Position numbers and translations under genes: made by a program. Source: Alistipes putredinis (GTDB lineage: Bacteria; Bacteroidota; Bacteroidia; Bacteroidales; Bacteroidaceae). Taken from it: a stretch of 64,000 bases of DNA. Shown here in pieces: positions 1 to 9,246 of this stretch (the stretch's first letter is position 1; every line of letters starts with the position of its first letter). Where the stretch lies: NCBI GenBank assembly GCA_963602765.1, contig CAVCKM010000094.1, positions 1,479 through 65,478 on the forward strand. Direction: 5' to 3'. The notes beneath the pieces are model-generated. The model saw only the letters and a program-made list of their open reading frames with translations, did not search any database and had not been told where the DNA came from.

Positions 1-1296
1 GACAAGACGCTGAACCTCAAGGAACAACTGACGTGGAAACCAGTGAAGAATTTCAGTCTGACGGGACGTGCCGGGTACTTCTTCCGGCAGACAGTACGCA
101 GTGAAGCCACCCCGGAGCGTTACCGTGATTTCACCGGCGGACTGAAGGCACTTTGGGACATTACGGAGAACGATGCCGTCGAACTGAGCTACGCCTTCGA
201 CCAGTATGACAAGTCAGAATACCAGCGCATCACCAGTCTTGACGTACGTAAATACAGCAATGTGCAGAATACCTTCCGACTGCTCTACAATCATACTTTC
301 GGGAATGGAGACGTACTGACCACAGGTGCTGATTTCATGCATGACTATCTCTACAACACCAATCTGGACGGTACACGCAAGCAGGACAGTTTCGATGCTT
401 TCGCACAGTACGACTGGCGCATCTCAGACAAATGGGAGATGGTGGGCGCACTGCGCTACGATTATTTCTCGGACGGCAACATCTCGCGTCTGACTCCGAA
501 ACTTAACGTGTGCTACAAACCATTGCAGAATTTGGCTGTCAGGGCAGGATACGGTATGGGATTCCGTGCGCCGTCGCTGAAGGAGAAATACTATAACTTC
601 GACATGGCTGGCATTTGGATAGTAGAAGGCAATCCATACCTGAAGTCTGAGATGAGCCATAACTTCAACGTGTCAGCGGAATATACCAAGGGACACTACA
701 ACTTCACCGCCTCTGTATATTATAATAAGGTGAAGAACAAGATATCCACGTCTGCCCCTTACATGAAGGAAAAGACGGACAAACTGCCGTACCTGCCGTA
801 CTCCAACCTTGACGACTACAGTGTATGCGGTGGAGAGATAGGAGCGCAGGCACGCTGGAACAATGGGTTCTCTGCACGCTTAACGTATGCCTACACCAAG
901 GAACAACTGGCGAAGGACAAGGACGGCAATACCATAAACAACCAGTACATACCAGCACGTGAACACGCCGTCAACGCCCGTGTGGACTACGACCGTCAGT
1001 TTACGGAGAACTATGGGCTGAGTGTCGGGTTGAACGGACGGTTTCTCTCAGGTGTAGAAAACGTGGAGTACAAGAACTACAGTAACGTGAAGGAAGGAAC
1101 GCTGACTGTAAGCTACCCAGCCTACACCATCTGGAAACTCTCGCTCGTCCAGCGTTTCGGAAAGGCAGTGAAACTTAATCTCGCCCTCGATAATCTCTTC
1201 GGTTACAAACCGAAATACTACTATCTGAACAGTCCGGTAACAGACGGAGTGACGTTTCAGGCAGGAGTGTCAATAGACATAGACAAGCTATTCTGA
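1..1296 (+). CDS. TonB-dependent outer-membrane receptor, C-terminal beta-barrel part (5' end lies outside the window)
   Basis: The frame is open from nt 1; the track start at 43 is an internal GTG. Alternating beta-strand pattern, a RAPSLKEKYY-type motif, and a C-terminal ...DKLF aromatic terminus typical of TBDR barrels. Confidence 0.8.
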   Translation, partial: DKTLNLKEQLTWKPVKNFSLTGRAGYFFRQTVRSEATPERYRDFTGGLKALWDITENDAVELSYAFDQYDKSEYQRITSLDVRKYSNVQNTFRLLYNHTFGNGDVLTTGADFMHDYLYNTNLDGTRKQDSFDAFAQYDWRISDKWEMVGALRYDYFSDGNISRLTPKLNVCYKPLQNLAVRAGYGMGFRAPSLKEKYYNFDMAGIWIVEGNPYLKSEMSHNFNVSAEYTKGHYNFTASVYYNKVKNKISTSAPYMKEKTDKLPYLPYSNLDDYSVCGGEIGAQARWNNGFSARLTYAYTKEQLAKDKDGNTINNQYIPAREHAVNARVDYDRQFTENYGLSVGLNGRFLSGVENVEYKNYSNVKEGTLTVSYPAYTIWKLSLVQRFGKAVKLNLALDNLFGYKPKYYYLNSPVTDGVTFQAGVSIDIDKLF

Positions 1297-1327
1297 TAAA
1301 CAAAAGAGGGGCTTATATATGACAAAA

Positions 1328-1377
1328 ATGCAACGACTGTCATTGTTTCAAACAATTGATGTCGCTGCATTTTTTTT
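1328..1377. terminator. Bidirectional intrinsic terminator between convergent TBDR and umuC genes
   Basis: Long imperfect hairpin ATGCAACGACTGTCATTGTTT / AAACAATTGATGTCGCTGCAT, followed by T7 on the + strand and preceded by an A-run (a T-run on the - strand). Confidence 0.6.
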
Positions 1378-2650
1378 AATCATTATCTCCAATAGTCAAC
1401 AGGTCGTTGATGTCGGTGAGGTAGTCGCCGCTGCGATAGTCCGATTTGACAGTCCATGCCTGCTTGGCATCGCCTTCTGCCGCCATCTTTACTGTCTTTA
1501 GTCCGTAGCGGTGGTTTATCTTGTCGATAGCCTGCATCAGTTTGGCTCGCTCGGGACGGTTTCTGATGGTATCGAAGAGGTTGCCTTCCACGCAGTCCGA
1601 TGGGTGTATGTCGTTGAGGATAACGCCAGACCGCTTGTAGTGTATGCCCTGACGATAGATGCTCTTCAGTGCCTGCACGGCGGCTTGGGTTATCTCCAGA
1701 GTGTCGTTGGATGGAACGAGGAGGGTAGTGGTGGCGGAACTGTTGTACTGCGGCAAGTCCTCGCGGAAGCGGTTGCTGGCGATGAAGACGGTGACGCTCC
1801 TTGCGCCCGACTGCTGCCCGCGCAGCTTGCTGGCGCAACTGCTGGCGAAGGTAGCCACAGAGGCTTTCAGTGAGTCGAAGTCAGTTATCATCTCGCCGAA
1901 TGTGCGACTGGTGCAGATGCTTTTGCGGCGTGTGGACTCCGTGGTGTCGATGCACGGTCTGCCGTTAAGCTCGTACCACGTCTGCTGCCCGGGCTTCTGC
2001 AGGTGGGAGCGCACCCACGACTCACTCTTGTCGGCAAAGTCCAACGGGGTGTGTATGCCGTAATAGTGCAATTTGGAAAGCGTCTGGCGACCGATGCCCC
2101 ATACATCGTCGAGTGGAAAGACGGCAAGGGCCTTGCGGCGTTTCTCGTCGGTGTCGATGACGGCGACACCACGGTAGCCGGCATATTCCTTGGCGAACTT
2201 GCTGCCCATCTTTGCCAGCGTCTTTGTGGGGGCGATGCCTACGCTGACGGGGATGTCGGTATAGAGCAGTATCTTCTCGCGCAGAGAGCGCATGAGGTCT
2301 TCAAGGTTATAGAGGCGGTCGTAACCATGAAGGTCGCAGAAGCTCTCGTCGATGCTATATTGCTCCACGCGGTCAATCTCGCTGCGCATGATGTTGACGA
2401 TGCGTTTGCTCATGGCGGCGTAGAGCATCATGTTGGAGGAGAAGATATGGACTTTGTTGCGGACGATGATGTCCTTCACTTTGAAAATAGGGTCGCCACG
2501 GTGCAGTCCGACGGCTTTTGCCTCCGGGGTGAGCGCAACGATGCAGCCGTCGTTGCTTGAGAGCACGACAACGGGCTTGTTCTTCAGTCCCGGGTGGAAC
2601 ACCTTTTCTACGGAACAGAAGAAACTGTTGCAGTCAACGAGGGCAAACAT
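1376..2650 (-). CDS. umuC: Y-family translesion DNA polymerase, UmuC-like (Pol V catalytic subunit)
   Basis: N-terminus MFALVDCNSFFCSVEKVF... and SSNDGCIVA, typical of UmuC/DinB. ATG at 2650 was chosen; the track ORF's 77-aa R-rich 5' extension runs into umuD and is rejected. Confidence 0.85.
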   Translation of the reverse strand: MFALVDCNSFFCSVEKVFHPGLKNKPVVVLSSNDGCIVALTPEAKAVGLHRGDPIFKVKDIIVRNKVHIFSSNMMLYAAMSKRIVNIMRSEIDRVEQYSIDESFCDLHGYDRLYNLEDLMRSLREKILLYTDIPVSVGIAPTKTLAKMGSKFAKEYAGYRGVAVIDTDEKRRKALAVFPLDDVWGIGRQTLSKLHYYGIHTPLDFADKSESWVRSHLQKPGQQTWYELNGRPCIDTTESTRRKSICTSRTFGEMITDFDSLKASVATFASSCASKLRGQQSGARSVTVFIASNRFREDLPQYNSSATTTLLVPSNDTLEITQAAVQALKSIYRQGIHYKRSGVILNDIHPSDCVEGNLFDTIRNRPERAKLMQAIDKINHRYGLKTVKMAAEGDAKQAWTVKSDYRSGDYLTDINDLLTIGDND

Positions 2651-2715
2651 GATTCTACAGTAAGAGTCTTTTGGGGTTTGTAAGAGTCTTTTGGGATTTG
2701 GAGTAGGGGGGAGGG

Positions 2716-3201
2716 CTATTTTGTCTTGTGTATGACATAGGTGACAACGCCCCAGACGGAGAAGTCGTCGGCTTCTGTGACGCGAATCTCGGGGTAGTCG
2801 GGGTTGGCAGGAACGAGCCATCCTTCGCCGCCTTCCCGTTTCTCGAAATGCTTCAGGGTGTACTCGCCGTTCAGCTCGCAAACAGCCACTTCGGAGGGCG
2901 ACGGGTTGCGGTTGCTCTTGTCAACGATGATGATGTCGCCGTCGTGTATGTCAGCTTCTATCATGGAGTCCCCCTCTACGCGTATGAGATAGCTGGCATC
3001 GGGGTGAGGACAAATCATGCGTATCAGGTCGATGTCCTGACTGCGCTCGTCATTGTCCAAAGGGATGGGGAAGCCCGCCTTGATGCCGAGGTCGAAGAAT
3101 GGCAGTTGCAGTCCGCGTATGTCTTTGGCGGGGTATGCCTTGCCAATCTTGCCGAAGTCTACCTCGGTGGTGTCTGTTAAGTTCGTAATGTCAAATTTCA
3201 T
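2716..3201 (-). CDS. umuD: S24 LexA/UmuD-like self-cleaving peptidase (Pol V accessory subunit)
   Basis: Ala-Gly cleavage site (GIKAGFP), catalytic Ser in GDSM and a downstream Lys (TLKHF). Lies 65 nt upstream of umuC on the same strand. Start taken at ATG 3201 (MKFDITN). Confidence 0.8.
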   Translation of the reverse strand: MKFDITNLTDTTEVDFGKIGKAYPAKDIRGLQLPFFDLGIKAGFPIPLDNDERSQDIDLIRMICPHPDASYLIRVEGDSMIEADIHDGDIIIVDKSNRNPSPSEVAVCELNGEYTLKHFEKREGGEGWLVPANPDYPEIRVTEADDFSVWGVVTYVIHKTK

Positions 3202-3241
3202 GATGGGGATATGCTGGAGACAAATCTTGAATAATCGCGCG

Positions 3242-3249
3242 CAAAGATA
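3242..3249 (-). promoter_or_regulatory. Bacteroidota-type -7 box (TATCTTTG) for umuDC
   Basis: Plus-strand CAAAGATA is TATCTTTG on the - strand and matches TAnnTTTG. It lies 41 nt upstream of the umuD ATG. Confidence 0.45.
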
Positions 3250-3313
3250 ATAAAAGAGTTTAATTCTGACAAACAAATCAGCGGAAAGTGCGCCAACCTG
3301 CGGCTTTTTTTAC

Positions 3314-3321
3314 TAACTTTG
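3314..3321 (+). promoter_or_regulatory. Bacteroidota-type -7 box (TAACTTTG) for the aldo/keto reductase gene
   Basis: Exact TAnnTTTG match 30 nt upstream of ATG 3351. Confidence 0.45.
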
Positions 3322-3350
3322 CAACGCGAACATTTTTAAACAGTATAGAC

Positions 3351-4319
3351 ATGGAACTAAAAGGAACTTACGTAGCTGACGCACAGCGGTATGCTGATGC
3401 GCAGGTGCTTTACAAGCGTTGCGGCAGGAGCGGTGTCCTGTTGCCAAAGATAAGCTTGGGCTTCTGGCACAATTTCGGTGGCGTGGACACGTACGAGCGT
3501 GCACGCGAGATAACCCATTATGCTTTCGACCACGGCATCACTCATTTTGACCTTGCCAACAACTACGGTCCGCCGTACGGCAGTGCGGAGGAGACAATGG
3601 GCAGACTCATGGACGATGACTTCCGTCCGTATCGTGACGAGTTGTTCATCTCCACGAAGGCAGGCTACGACATGTGGGAGGGTCCTTATGGCAACTGGGG
3701 CTCGAGGAAGTACCTCATGGCGAGTCTTGACCAGAGTCTCAAGCGTATGCACCTGGACTATGTAGACCTCTTCTACAGCCATCGCTACGACCCTGAGACA
3801 CCGTTGGAGGAGACCCTTCAGGCAATGGTGGACATCGTGAAGCAGGGCAAGGCTCTCTATGTAGGCATCAGTAGATGGCCGTTGAAGGCATTGCAGTTTG
3901 CCGACAAATACCTTCGTGCGCATGATGTCCCGCTACTTATATATCAAGGGAGGCTCAACCTCCTTGACCGTGCTCCGCAGGAAGAGGGAATCTTGGACTA
4001 TTGTGCCGGGCACGGCATCGGGTTCATCTCCTTCTCGCCCTTGGCGCAGGGACTGCTGACCGACCGCTATCTGCACGGCATACCGTCGGACAGCCGTATG
4101 GCACGCGAGCATTTCCTGAAGCATTCCGCGCTGACACCAGAGTTGTTGCAGTACATCCAGTCGCTGAACGTCGAAGCGGCATCATACAATATGACTCTTG
4201 CGGAAATGGCACTTACATGGGTGCTCCAGCAGAAGGGCGTGACGTCGGTACTTGTAGGTGCCAGCTCGGCCACACAGTTGGCAAAGAATCTTCGTTGCGT
4301 CTACCACGGGAATGAATAG
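3351..4319 (+). CDS. Aldo/keto reductase, YghZ/Gpr-like (L-glyceraldehyde-3-phosphate reductase family)
   Basis: GITHFDLANNYGPPYGSAEETMGRL and SHRYDPETPLEET closely resemble E. coli YghZ. Start taken at ATG 3351, downstream of the -7 box. Confidence 0.85.
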   Translation: MELKGTYVADAQRYADAQVLYKRCGRSGVLLPKISLGFWHNFGGVDTYERAREITHYAFDHGITHFDLANNYGPPYGSAEETMGRLMDDDFRPYRDELFISTKAGYDMWEGPYGNWGSRKYLMASLDQSLKRMHLDYVDLFYSHRYDPETPLEETLQAMVDIVKQGKALYVGISRWPLKALQFADKYLRAHDVPLLIYQGRLNLLDRAPQEEGILDYCAGHGIGFISFSPLAQGLLTDRYLHGIPSDSRMAREHFLKHSALTPELLQYIQSLNVEAASYNMTLAEMALTWVLQQKGVTSVLVGASSATQLAKNLRCVYHGNE

Positions 4320-4323
4320 GGGG

Positions 4324-4369
4324 ACGCCAATGACTCTTTTACGCCAATGATTTTTTGGAACGCCAATGA
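4324..4369. repeat. Three direct copies of ACGCCAATGA, each followed by a T-run
   Basis: Copies at 4324-4333, 4341-4350 and 4360-4369, in the gap between convergent genes. Confidence 0.9.
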
Positions 4370-4381
4370 TTTTTTTAGACT

Positions 4382-4419
4382 TTAATTCTTGCTTTGCCGC
4401 TTGCCAGAGCAAGAATTAA
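4382..4419. terminator. Hairpin between convergent genes (probable bidirectional terminator)
   Basis: Perfect 12-bp inverted repeat TTAATTCTTGCT / AGCAAGAATTAA with a 14-nt loop. A T-run precedes it on the + strand. Confidence 0.55.
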
Positions 4420-4440
4420 CGTTACCCGAAAATCTTTTCG

Positions 4441-5265
4441 TTAAATATTGGTGTTTAGCAGGTTGCCGAGAGCTACTGCTACGCCGTCCTCGTCGTTGGA
4501 GAGCGTGACGTAGTCTGCTTGCGACTTTATCTCGTCGTCGGCGTTGGACATGGCAACGCCGACAGCAGCCAGTTTCAGCATGGAGAGGTCGTTCCATCCG
4601 TCCCCGAAGGCAATGAGGTTGTCCTTGGTGAGGTTTAGACGCTCGAGCAGACGCAGTAGCGACTGTGCTTTGTCGATGCCCTGCGGCACGAGTTCCACGA
4701 AGAAAGGGGCGGAGCGGTAGATTTCCATCTTGTCGCCGAGGAGACTCTTGAGTTCTTGGTCGGCTACCGCCATGTTGTCCGGGTGTCCCGTCATGAGCAA
4801 CTTTGTAGGATGCGTGCCTACGTGGTCGAGAATATTGTCGACCTGTTCCACCGGCATCTTGTTGATTCGTGCCTCTTCGTGTACGTATTCGTCGTCGGCT
4901 ATTTCGGTAACTATCGTATTCCCTTTGTAGCCGAGTAGTGCGTAGTTGTGCTCGTGGGCGTAGTTGTGCAGGACGGGCAGTACCTCTTCCGGCAAGTTTT
5001 GCGAGAAGAGCACTTCGCCCGTTTTTGCGTCAACGATGTTTCCGCCGTTGTACGAGAGGATGTAGCCTCCGTTCTTGTCCAGTTCGAGAGTCTGCGCTAT
5101 GGGCACGATGCCGTATGTCGGGCGTCCCGATGCCAGTATGATGTGAATGCCGTCGGCTTGGGCTTGCATTAGTGCTTCCCGTGTACGAGGAGTGACGATT
5201 TTGTCGGAGTTGGTGAGAGTGCCGTCAAGGTCGAGTGCGATGGCACGGAATGGAGTAGTGTTCAT
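4441..5265 (-). CDS. Cof-type HAD-IIB family sugar-phosphate phosphatase
   Basis: DLDGTL motif I (IALDLDGTLTN), SGR motif II and GDGWND motif IV. Start taken at ATG 5265. Confidence 0.85.
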   Translation of the reverse strand: MNTTPFRAIALDLDGTLTNSDKIVTPRTREALMQAQADGIHIILASGRPTYGIVPIAQTLELDKNGGYILSYNGGNIVDAKTGEVLFSQNLPEEVLPVLHNYAHEHNYALLGYKGNTIVTEIADDEYVHEEARINKMPVEQVDNILDHVGTHPTKLLMTGHPDNMAVADQELKSLLGDKMEIYRSAPFFVELVPQGIDKAQSLLRLLERLNLTKDNLIAFGDGWNDLSMLKLAAVGVAMSNADDEIKSQADYVTLSNDEDGVAVALGNLLNTNI

Positions 5266-5272
5266 GTTGTTT

Positions 5273-6079
5273 CTATTGGTCTGGGTTTTCAACGAATCCT
5301 TGGTACTCTGGTACGAGTGCAGAGTTGATGGCAGCATAACTTTCTTCCTGCAGGCGCTGTATGTTTTCCGGTCCTTGCGACGTAGGGAATATGGGCTTGT
5401 GTATGGTAAGTCGCAGCGGATGATGCTTGACGAACTTGTGTCCCTTCATTCTTGGCATGACATCGAACGAGCCGTTGATGGTGAGCGGTACGACGGGCAA
5501 CTGAAGTTCGTCGGCCAGGGTGAAAGCTCCTCTGCGGAACACTCCCATGTGCCCCGTGAAGGTGCGTGCTCCCTCGGGGAATACCATGAGCGATGCTCCG
5601 CCCTTCAATGCAGCTTCGGCGCGGCGGTATGTGGCACGTACCTTTCCGGCACTTCCCTTGTCGACGTAGATGTAGCCAGCATGGCGGCATCCTGTGCCGA
5701 GGAAAGGGACCTTCTCCAGCGCACGTTTCATCATCCATCGAATCTCGACCCCAAGGTAACCGCAGACGAGGAAGATGTCATAAGACCCCTGATGGTTGGC
5801 GACGAAGACATACGACTGTCCGGGACGGATGTTCTCTCTACCTTCCACCGTCACGGACAGCAGTGAGGTGCGTATAATAATCTTCGCCCATACGCGTCCT
5901 GCAAAAGTGCCCCACCAGTCAGGACGTGTGAGGAGGCCCAGCGAACACGGCAGTTTGGAGCGCAACCATCCTGTGAGGGTGCACATTGTAGCCATAGTGG
6001 TGCCTGCCCACACCGTGGCAAGAAAAGTGACGGGTGCGAGAATGAATATTTGGTATGTTTTATAGAGAAAAGAAATCAT
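5273..6079 (-). CDS. plsC: 1-acyl-sn-glycerol-3-phosphate acyltransferase family protein
   Basis: HX4D motif (ANHQGSYD) and FPEGART motif, with an N-terminal TM segment. Start taken at ATG 6079; the track's 5' extension is R-rich and overlaps pyrC. Confidence 0.8.
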   Translation of the reverse strand: MISFLYKTYQIFILAPVTFLATVWAGTTMATMCTLTGWLRSKLPCSLGLLTRPDWWGTFAGRVWAKIIIRTSLLSVTVEGRENIRPGQSYVFVANHQGSYDIFLVCGYLGVEIRWMMKRALEKVPFLGTGCRHAGYIYVDKGSAGKVRATYRRAEAALKGGASLMVFPEGARTFTGHMGVFRRGAFTLADELQLPVVPLTINGSFDVMPRMKGHKFVKHHPLRLTIHKPIFPTSQGPENIQRLQEESYAAINSALVPEYQGFVENPDQ

Positions 6080-6117
6080 TGGATTGTCTTGAGGTGATGT
6101 GGGGGAGCGAGAGCGTA

Positions 6118-7464
6118 TCAATCTCTGAATGTCAGTCGTTGACCGCGTACGTCGTTGTGGAAGTCGCCGTTGTCGTAGACCAGTTGTCCGCTGACGAAGG
6201 TTTGCATCACCCTCCAATGCAGCTGCATGCCTTCCATGGGACTCCAGTTGCATTTGCTTTGTATGTCGTCCTTCGTAATGGTCCATGGAGTGTCTGAGTG
6301 TCGCACAATGGCAATGTCGGCCTTGTAGCCTTTACGCAGAAAGCCGCGTTTGTTTACGGAGAACAGTGTAGCGGGATTGTGTGCCATGAGTCGTACGAGT
6401 TGCTCGATGGAGAGCACCCCCTGACTTACCAGTTCCATCATGCACGGCAGGGCGTACTGCACCGAAGGCATTCCCGACATGGCTTTTGCCGCACCGCCCA
6501 GTTTTTCTTCTATAGCGTGCGGGGCATGGTCTGTGCCAATGGTACAGACGGGCGACTCTTGTGCGATGGCTTTTCGGAGAGCCGTGCGGTCGTCGGCACA
6601 CTTTATGGCAGGGTTACACTTGATTAGTGCGCCGAGCGTGCGGTAGTCGTCGTCGCAGAAGGTGAGGTGAGCGACGGTGGCTTCTCCTGTGACGAGCGTA
6701 TTGTTTTGTTCCTGAAGCAGGCGCACTTCCTCTTCGGTGCTGATGTGTGCTATGTGCAGTCGGGTGTTGTGCTTCTGTGCCAGTTGGAGAGCGAGTGTAC
6801 TGCTCTTTATGCAGGCTTCTCGTGAGCGGATTTGTGGGTGCAACGTGACGTCCGGGTCGTCCGTATGCTGCTCCTCCTTTATCCGTGCCATGTTGTCGTT
6901 GATGGTCTCCGTGTCCTCGCAGTGTGCCATGAGTGGCAGTTGTCGGTCGTGTGCCAGTTGGAAGATGCTGTCGAGTGCCTGTCCCTTGTCTACGAGCATG
7001 TTGCCAGTGCTGGAACCCATGAAGAGTTTGATGCCAGGGATGTCGTGTGCGTCAAGCGAACGTAGGAACTCGATGTTGTCGTTTGTGGCACCGGGGAAGA
7101 AGGTGTAGTTGACGTGCATCTTCTCCTGTGCGATGCGGTGCTTCTCCGCAAGAGCGTCGGCATCGGTGGTTTGGGGCTTGGTGTTTGGCATTTCGAACAC
7201 GGTGGTGACTCCGCCGTATGCAGCAGCCCTGCTTTCTGTCTCCATGTCCGCCTTGTGGGTTAGCCCGGGTTCACGGAAGTGTACGTGTGTATCGATGATG
7301 CCAGGCAGTACGCAGCAGTCCGTTGCGTCTACAATACGGTCGAAATCAGTGTCGCGGAATTCTTCTGTCGAGATGTCCGCTATAGTGTCGTCCTCAATGA
7401 CGATGTTTTGCTTGGTCTTGATGCCTTCGTTGACGGTGTAGCCGCCTTTTATAAGTGTACGCAT
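6118..7464 (-). CDS. pyrC: Dihydroorotase (amidohydrolase superfamily)
   Basis: DTHVHFREPG metal-binding motif. Length and layout match long-type dihydroorotase/allantoinase-family enzymes. Confidence 0.8.
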   Translation of the reverse strand: MRTLIKGGYTVNEGIKTKQNIVIEDDTIADISTEEFRDTDFDRIVDATDCCVLPGIIDTHVHFREPGLTHKADMETESRAAAYGGVTTVFEMPNTKPQTTDADALAEKHRIAQEKMHVNYTFFPGATNDNIEFLRSLDAHDIPGIKLFMGSSTGNMLVDKGQALDSIFQLAHDRQLPLMAHCEDTETINDNMARIKEEQHTDDPDVTLHPQIRSREACIKSSTLALQLAQKHNTRLHIAHISTEEEVRLLQEQNNTLVTGEATVAHLTFCDDDYRTLGALIKCNPAIKCADDRTALRKAIAQESPVCTIGTDHAPHAIEEKLGGAAKAMSGMPSVQYALPCMMELVSQGVLSIEQLVRLMAHNPATLFSVNKRGFLRKGYKADIAIVRHSDTPWTITKDDIQSKCNWSPMEGMQLHWRVMQTFVSGQLVYDNGDFHNDVRGQRLTFRD

Positions 7465-7488
7465 ATAGAGGGAGGTGTGTGCAGTGTG

Positions 7489-7803
7489 TTAGTTTTCTTC
7501 TCGCTTGTCTGTGCTGAGCACAAAGATTTCTTCATTTGGACGCTTCATAAAATATCGTTCGCGTGCAATGCGTTCCACGCCTTTTGCGTTGACTTTCAGT
7601 GCGTTCAGCCGGAGCGAGTCTCTTTCGAAGTCTTCTTCAAGCTGTGTCAGTTCGGCCTGCAGCTCAGCAATCTTCATTTGATAGATGAAGTACTTGCGCA
7701 GACTGTTCTCGTCGGTGACACCGATGATGAGAATGCCTATCGTGATAGTGATGAGATACTTATGTCGGGCCAGATACGACCAGACGACATTTATTTTCCC
7801 CAT
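7489..7803 (-). CDS. Septum formation initiator family protein (FtsB/DivIC-like)
   Basis: 104 aa with one N-terminal TM helix followed by a coiled coil (KIAELQAELTQLEEDFERD). Confidence 0.6.
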   Translation of the reverse strand: MGKINVVWSYLARHKYLITITIGILIIGVTDENSLRKYFIYQMKIAELQAELTQLEEDFERDSLRLNALKVNAKGVERIARERYFMKRPNEEIFVLSTDKREEN

Positions 7804-7856
7804 GATAACAGGTTGTTAATACGTTTGTTTTGAGGACAAAATTAGTAATAATAATT

Positions 7857-9179
7857 TTAATTGCAAAGAAAAGCCGGCGTTTTTCTCTTCCAAATGACCC
7901 ATTGTGCCACTCCGCGCATGAAAAGGTAGGCATTGAATGCCAGCCACAGAGCGTGGTTGTGCATTATGGGGAAGAGTGTGAAGTATATGATGAAGAAGGC
8001 AATGGCCCCCGACATGGTGCCCCACATCATGCCCTTCGTCTCGGTGAGTCCTACGAATACGCCGTCCCAGACGAATGCTGCCACGCCGCAGAACGGTATG
8101 GCCCATGCCCACGGCAGGTATGGCTTGGCAACGGTGCGGATGGTGTCATCGTTGGTAAGTAGGCTGAGGAAGGTGTCGCTGCCCACCATATATAATAAGG
8201 TATACATAGTGGTCAGAGCCAGTGCCCATCGCCATACGCCGCGAAGGGCAAGGCGGAAATTGATGGCATCCAGTGCTCCGTAGAACTTGCCGCAGAGTGC
8301 TTCGGCGGCGAAGGCGAAACCGTCCATGACGTACGTGTAGAGGATGAAGAGCTGCATGAGGACGGAGTTGACAGCCAGTATGTCCGCTCCGCTTCGTGCT
8401 CCAGCCTCGATGACGTAGAGATTGACGGCGACGAGGAAGAGCGTGCGGTAGAAGAGTATGCGGTTGACGGCAAAGAAACGCTTGAGGTCGGAGAGTCTGA
8501 CCATGTCGCACCATTTGATGCCGCGTAGTATGTGGCGGTATTTCAGCCGAAGTAGCAGGAGTGCCATGAACACGCCGCACCACTGGGCGGCAAGCGTGCC
8601 GAGTGCTACGCCCTCAATCTTCATGTGGAAGACGTAGACGAGGCAGAGGCTTACGAGGATGTTGACGATGTTCTGCGTGATGCTGACGCACATTGGAATC
8701 TTCGTGTTCTGCATGCCGACGAACCACCCGTTGAAGGCGTACATGGCGAGTGAGGGTACGGTGCCCCAGATGAGGATGTAGTAGTATGTACGGACGAGTC
8801 CGATGATGTCTTCGCCTGGAGAGAGAAACCACATGGCGAGTTGGAAGACGGGCCACTGGAGCAGGACCAGAGAGAGGGAGCAGAGGAGGCACGTCAGTTG
8901 CGACTGCATGAGTATGCGGCAAACCTCCAGTTTGTCGCCCGTAGCTCCCTCGGTATAAGCAGCCCCGTAAGCCTGCGCCGTCATACCGCCTGTGCCGAAG
9001 CGCAGGAAGGCGAAGAGCCAGTAGGTGATGTTGAATATCATGGAGCCTACGGCGATGGCTGCCATGTAGTGTGCGTCGCCCATGTGCCCTGTGATGGCAA
9101 CGTCGACAAGTCCCAGAAGGGGGACGGTGATGTTGGAAACGATGGACGGTAGGGCGATGTGGAGTATTTGCTTGTTCAC
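7857..9179 (-). CDS. MATE family efflux transporter
   Basis: N-terminal LPSIVSNITVPLLGLVD motif and about 12 predicted TM segments. It appears to start at a GTG (9177-9179), because no in-frame ATG lies near the N-terminus. Confidence 0.8.
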   Translation of the reverse strand: MNKQILHIALPSIVSNITVPLLGLVDVAITGHMGDAHYMAAIAVGSMIFNITYWLFAFLRFGTGGMTAQAYGAAYTEGATGDKLEVCRILMQSQLTCLLCSLSLVLLQWPVFQLAMWFLSPGEDIIGLVRTYYYILIWGTVPSLAMYAFNGWFVGMQNTKIPMCVSITQNIVNILVSLCLVYVFHMKIEGVALGTLAAQWCGVFMALLLLRLKYRHILRGIKWCDMVRLSDLKRFFAVNRILFYRTLFLVAVNLYVIEAGARSGADILAVNSVLMQLFILYTYVMDGFAFAAEALCGKFYGALDAINFRLALRGVWRWALALTTMYTLLYMVGSDTFLSLLTNDDTIRTVAKPYLPWAWAIPFCGVAAFVWDGVFVGLTETKGMMWGTMSGAIAFFIIYFTLFPIMHNHALWLAFNAYLFMRGVAQWVIWKRKTPAFLCN

Positions 9180-9180
9180 C

Positions 9181-9246
9181 TTCTGGATTTTGTTTTTTCG
9201 CTTTCTGGATTATTGTCTTTAGCTTTCCGGATTCATTTTCTTCAGC
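9181..9246. repeat. Three 22-bp phased repeats sharing a TTC(T/C)GGATT core
   Basis: Units at 9181-9202, 9203-9224 and 9225-9246; units 1 and 2 match at 17/22. The array spans the MATE start region and the last codons of mfd. Confidence 0.8.

Noticed and set aside
1376-2881. Track ORFs with long 5' extensions: umuC to 2881, umuD to 3276, plsC to 6286, SAM-MTase to 17070, permease to 14654, purM-like to 52250
   Set aside because: The extensions are R/H/L-rich, overlap neighbouring genes or promoter boxes, and precede internal ATGs that coincide with conserved family N-termini. The shorter starts were used.
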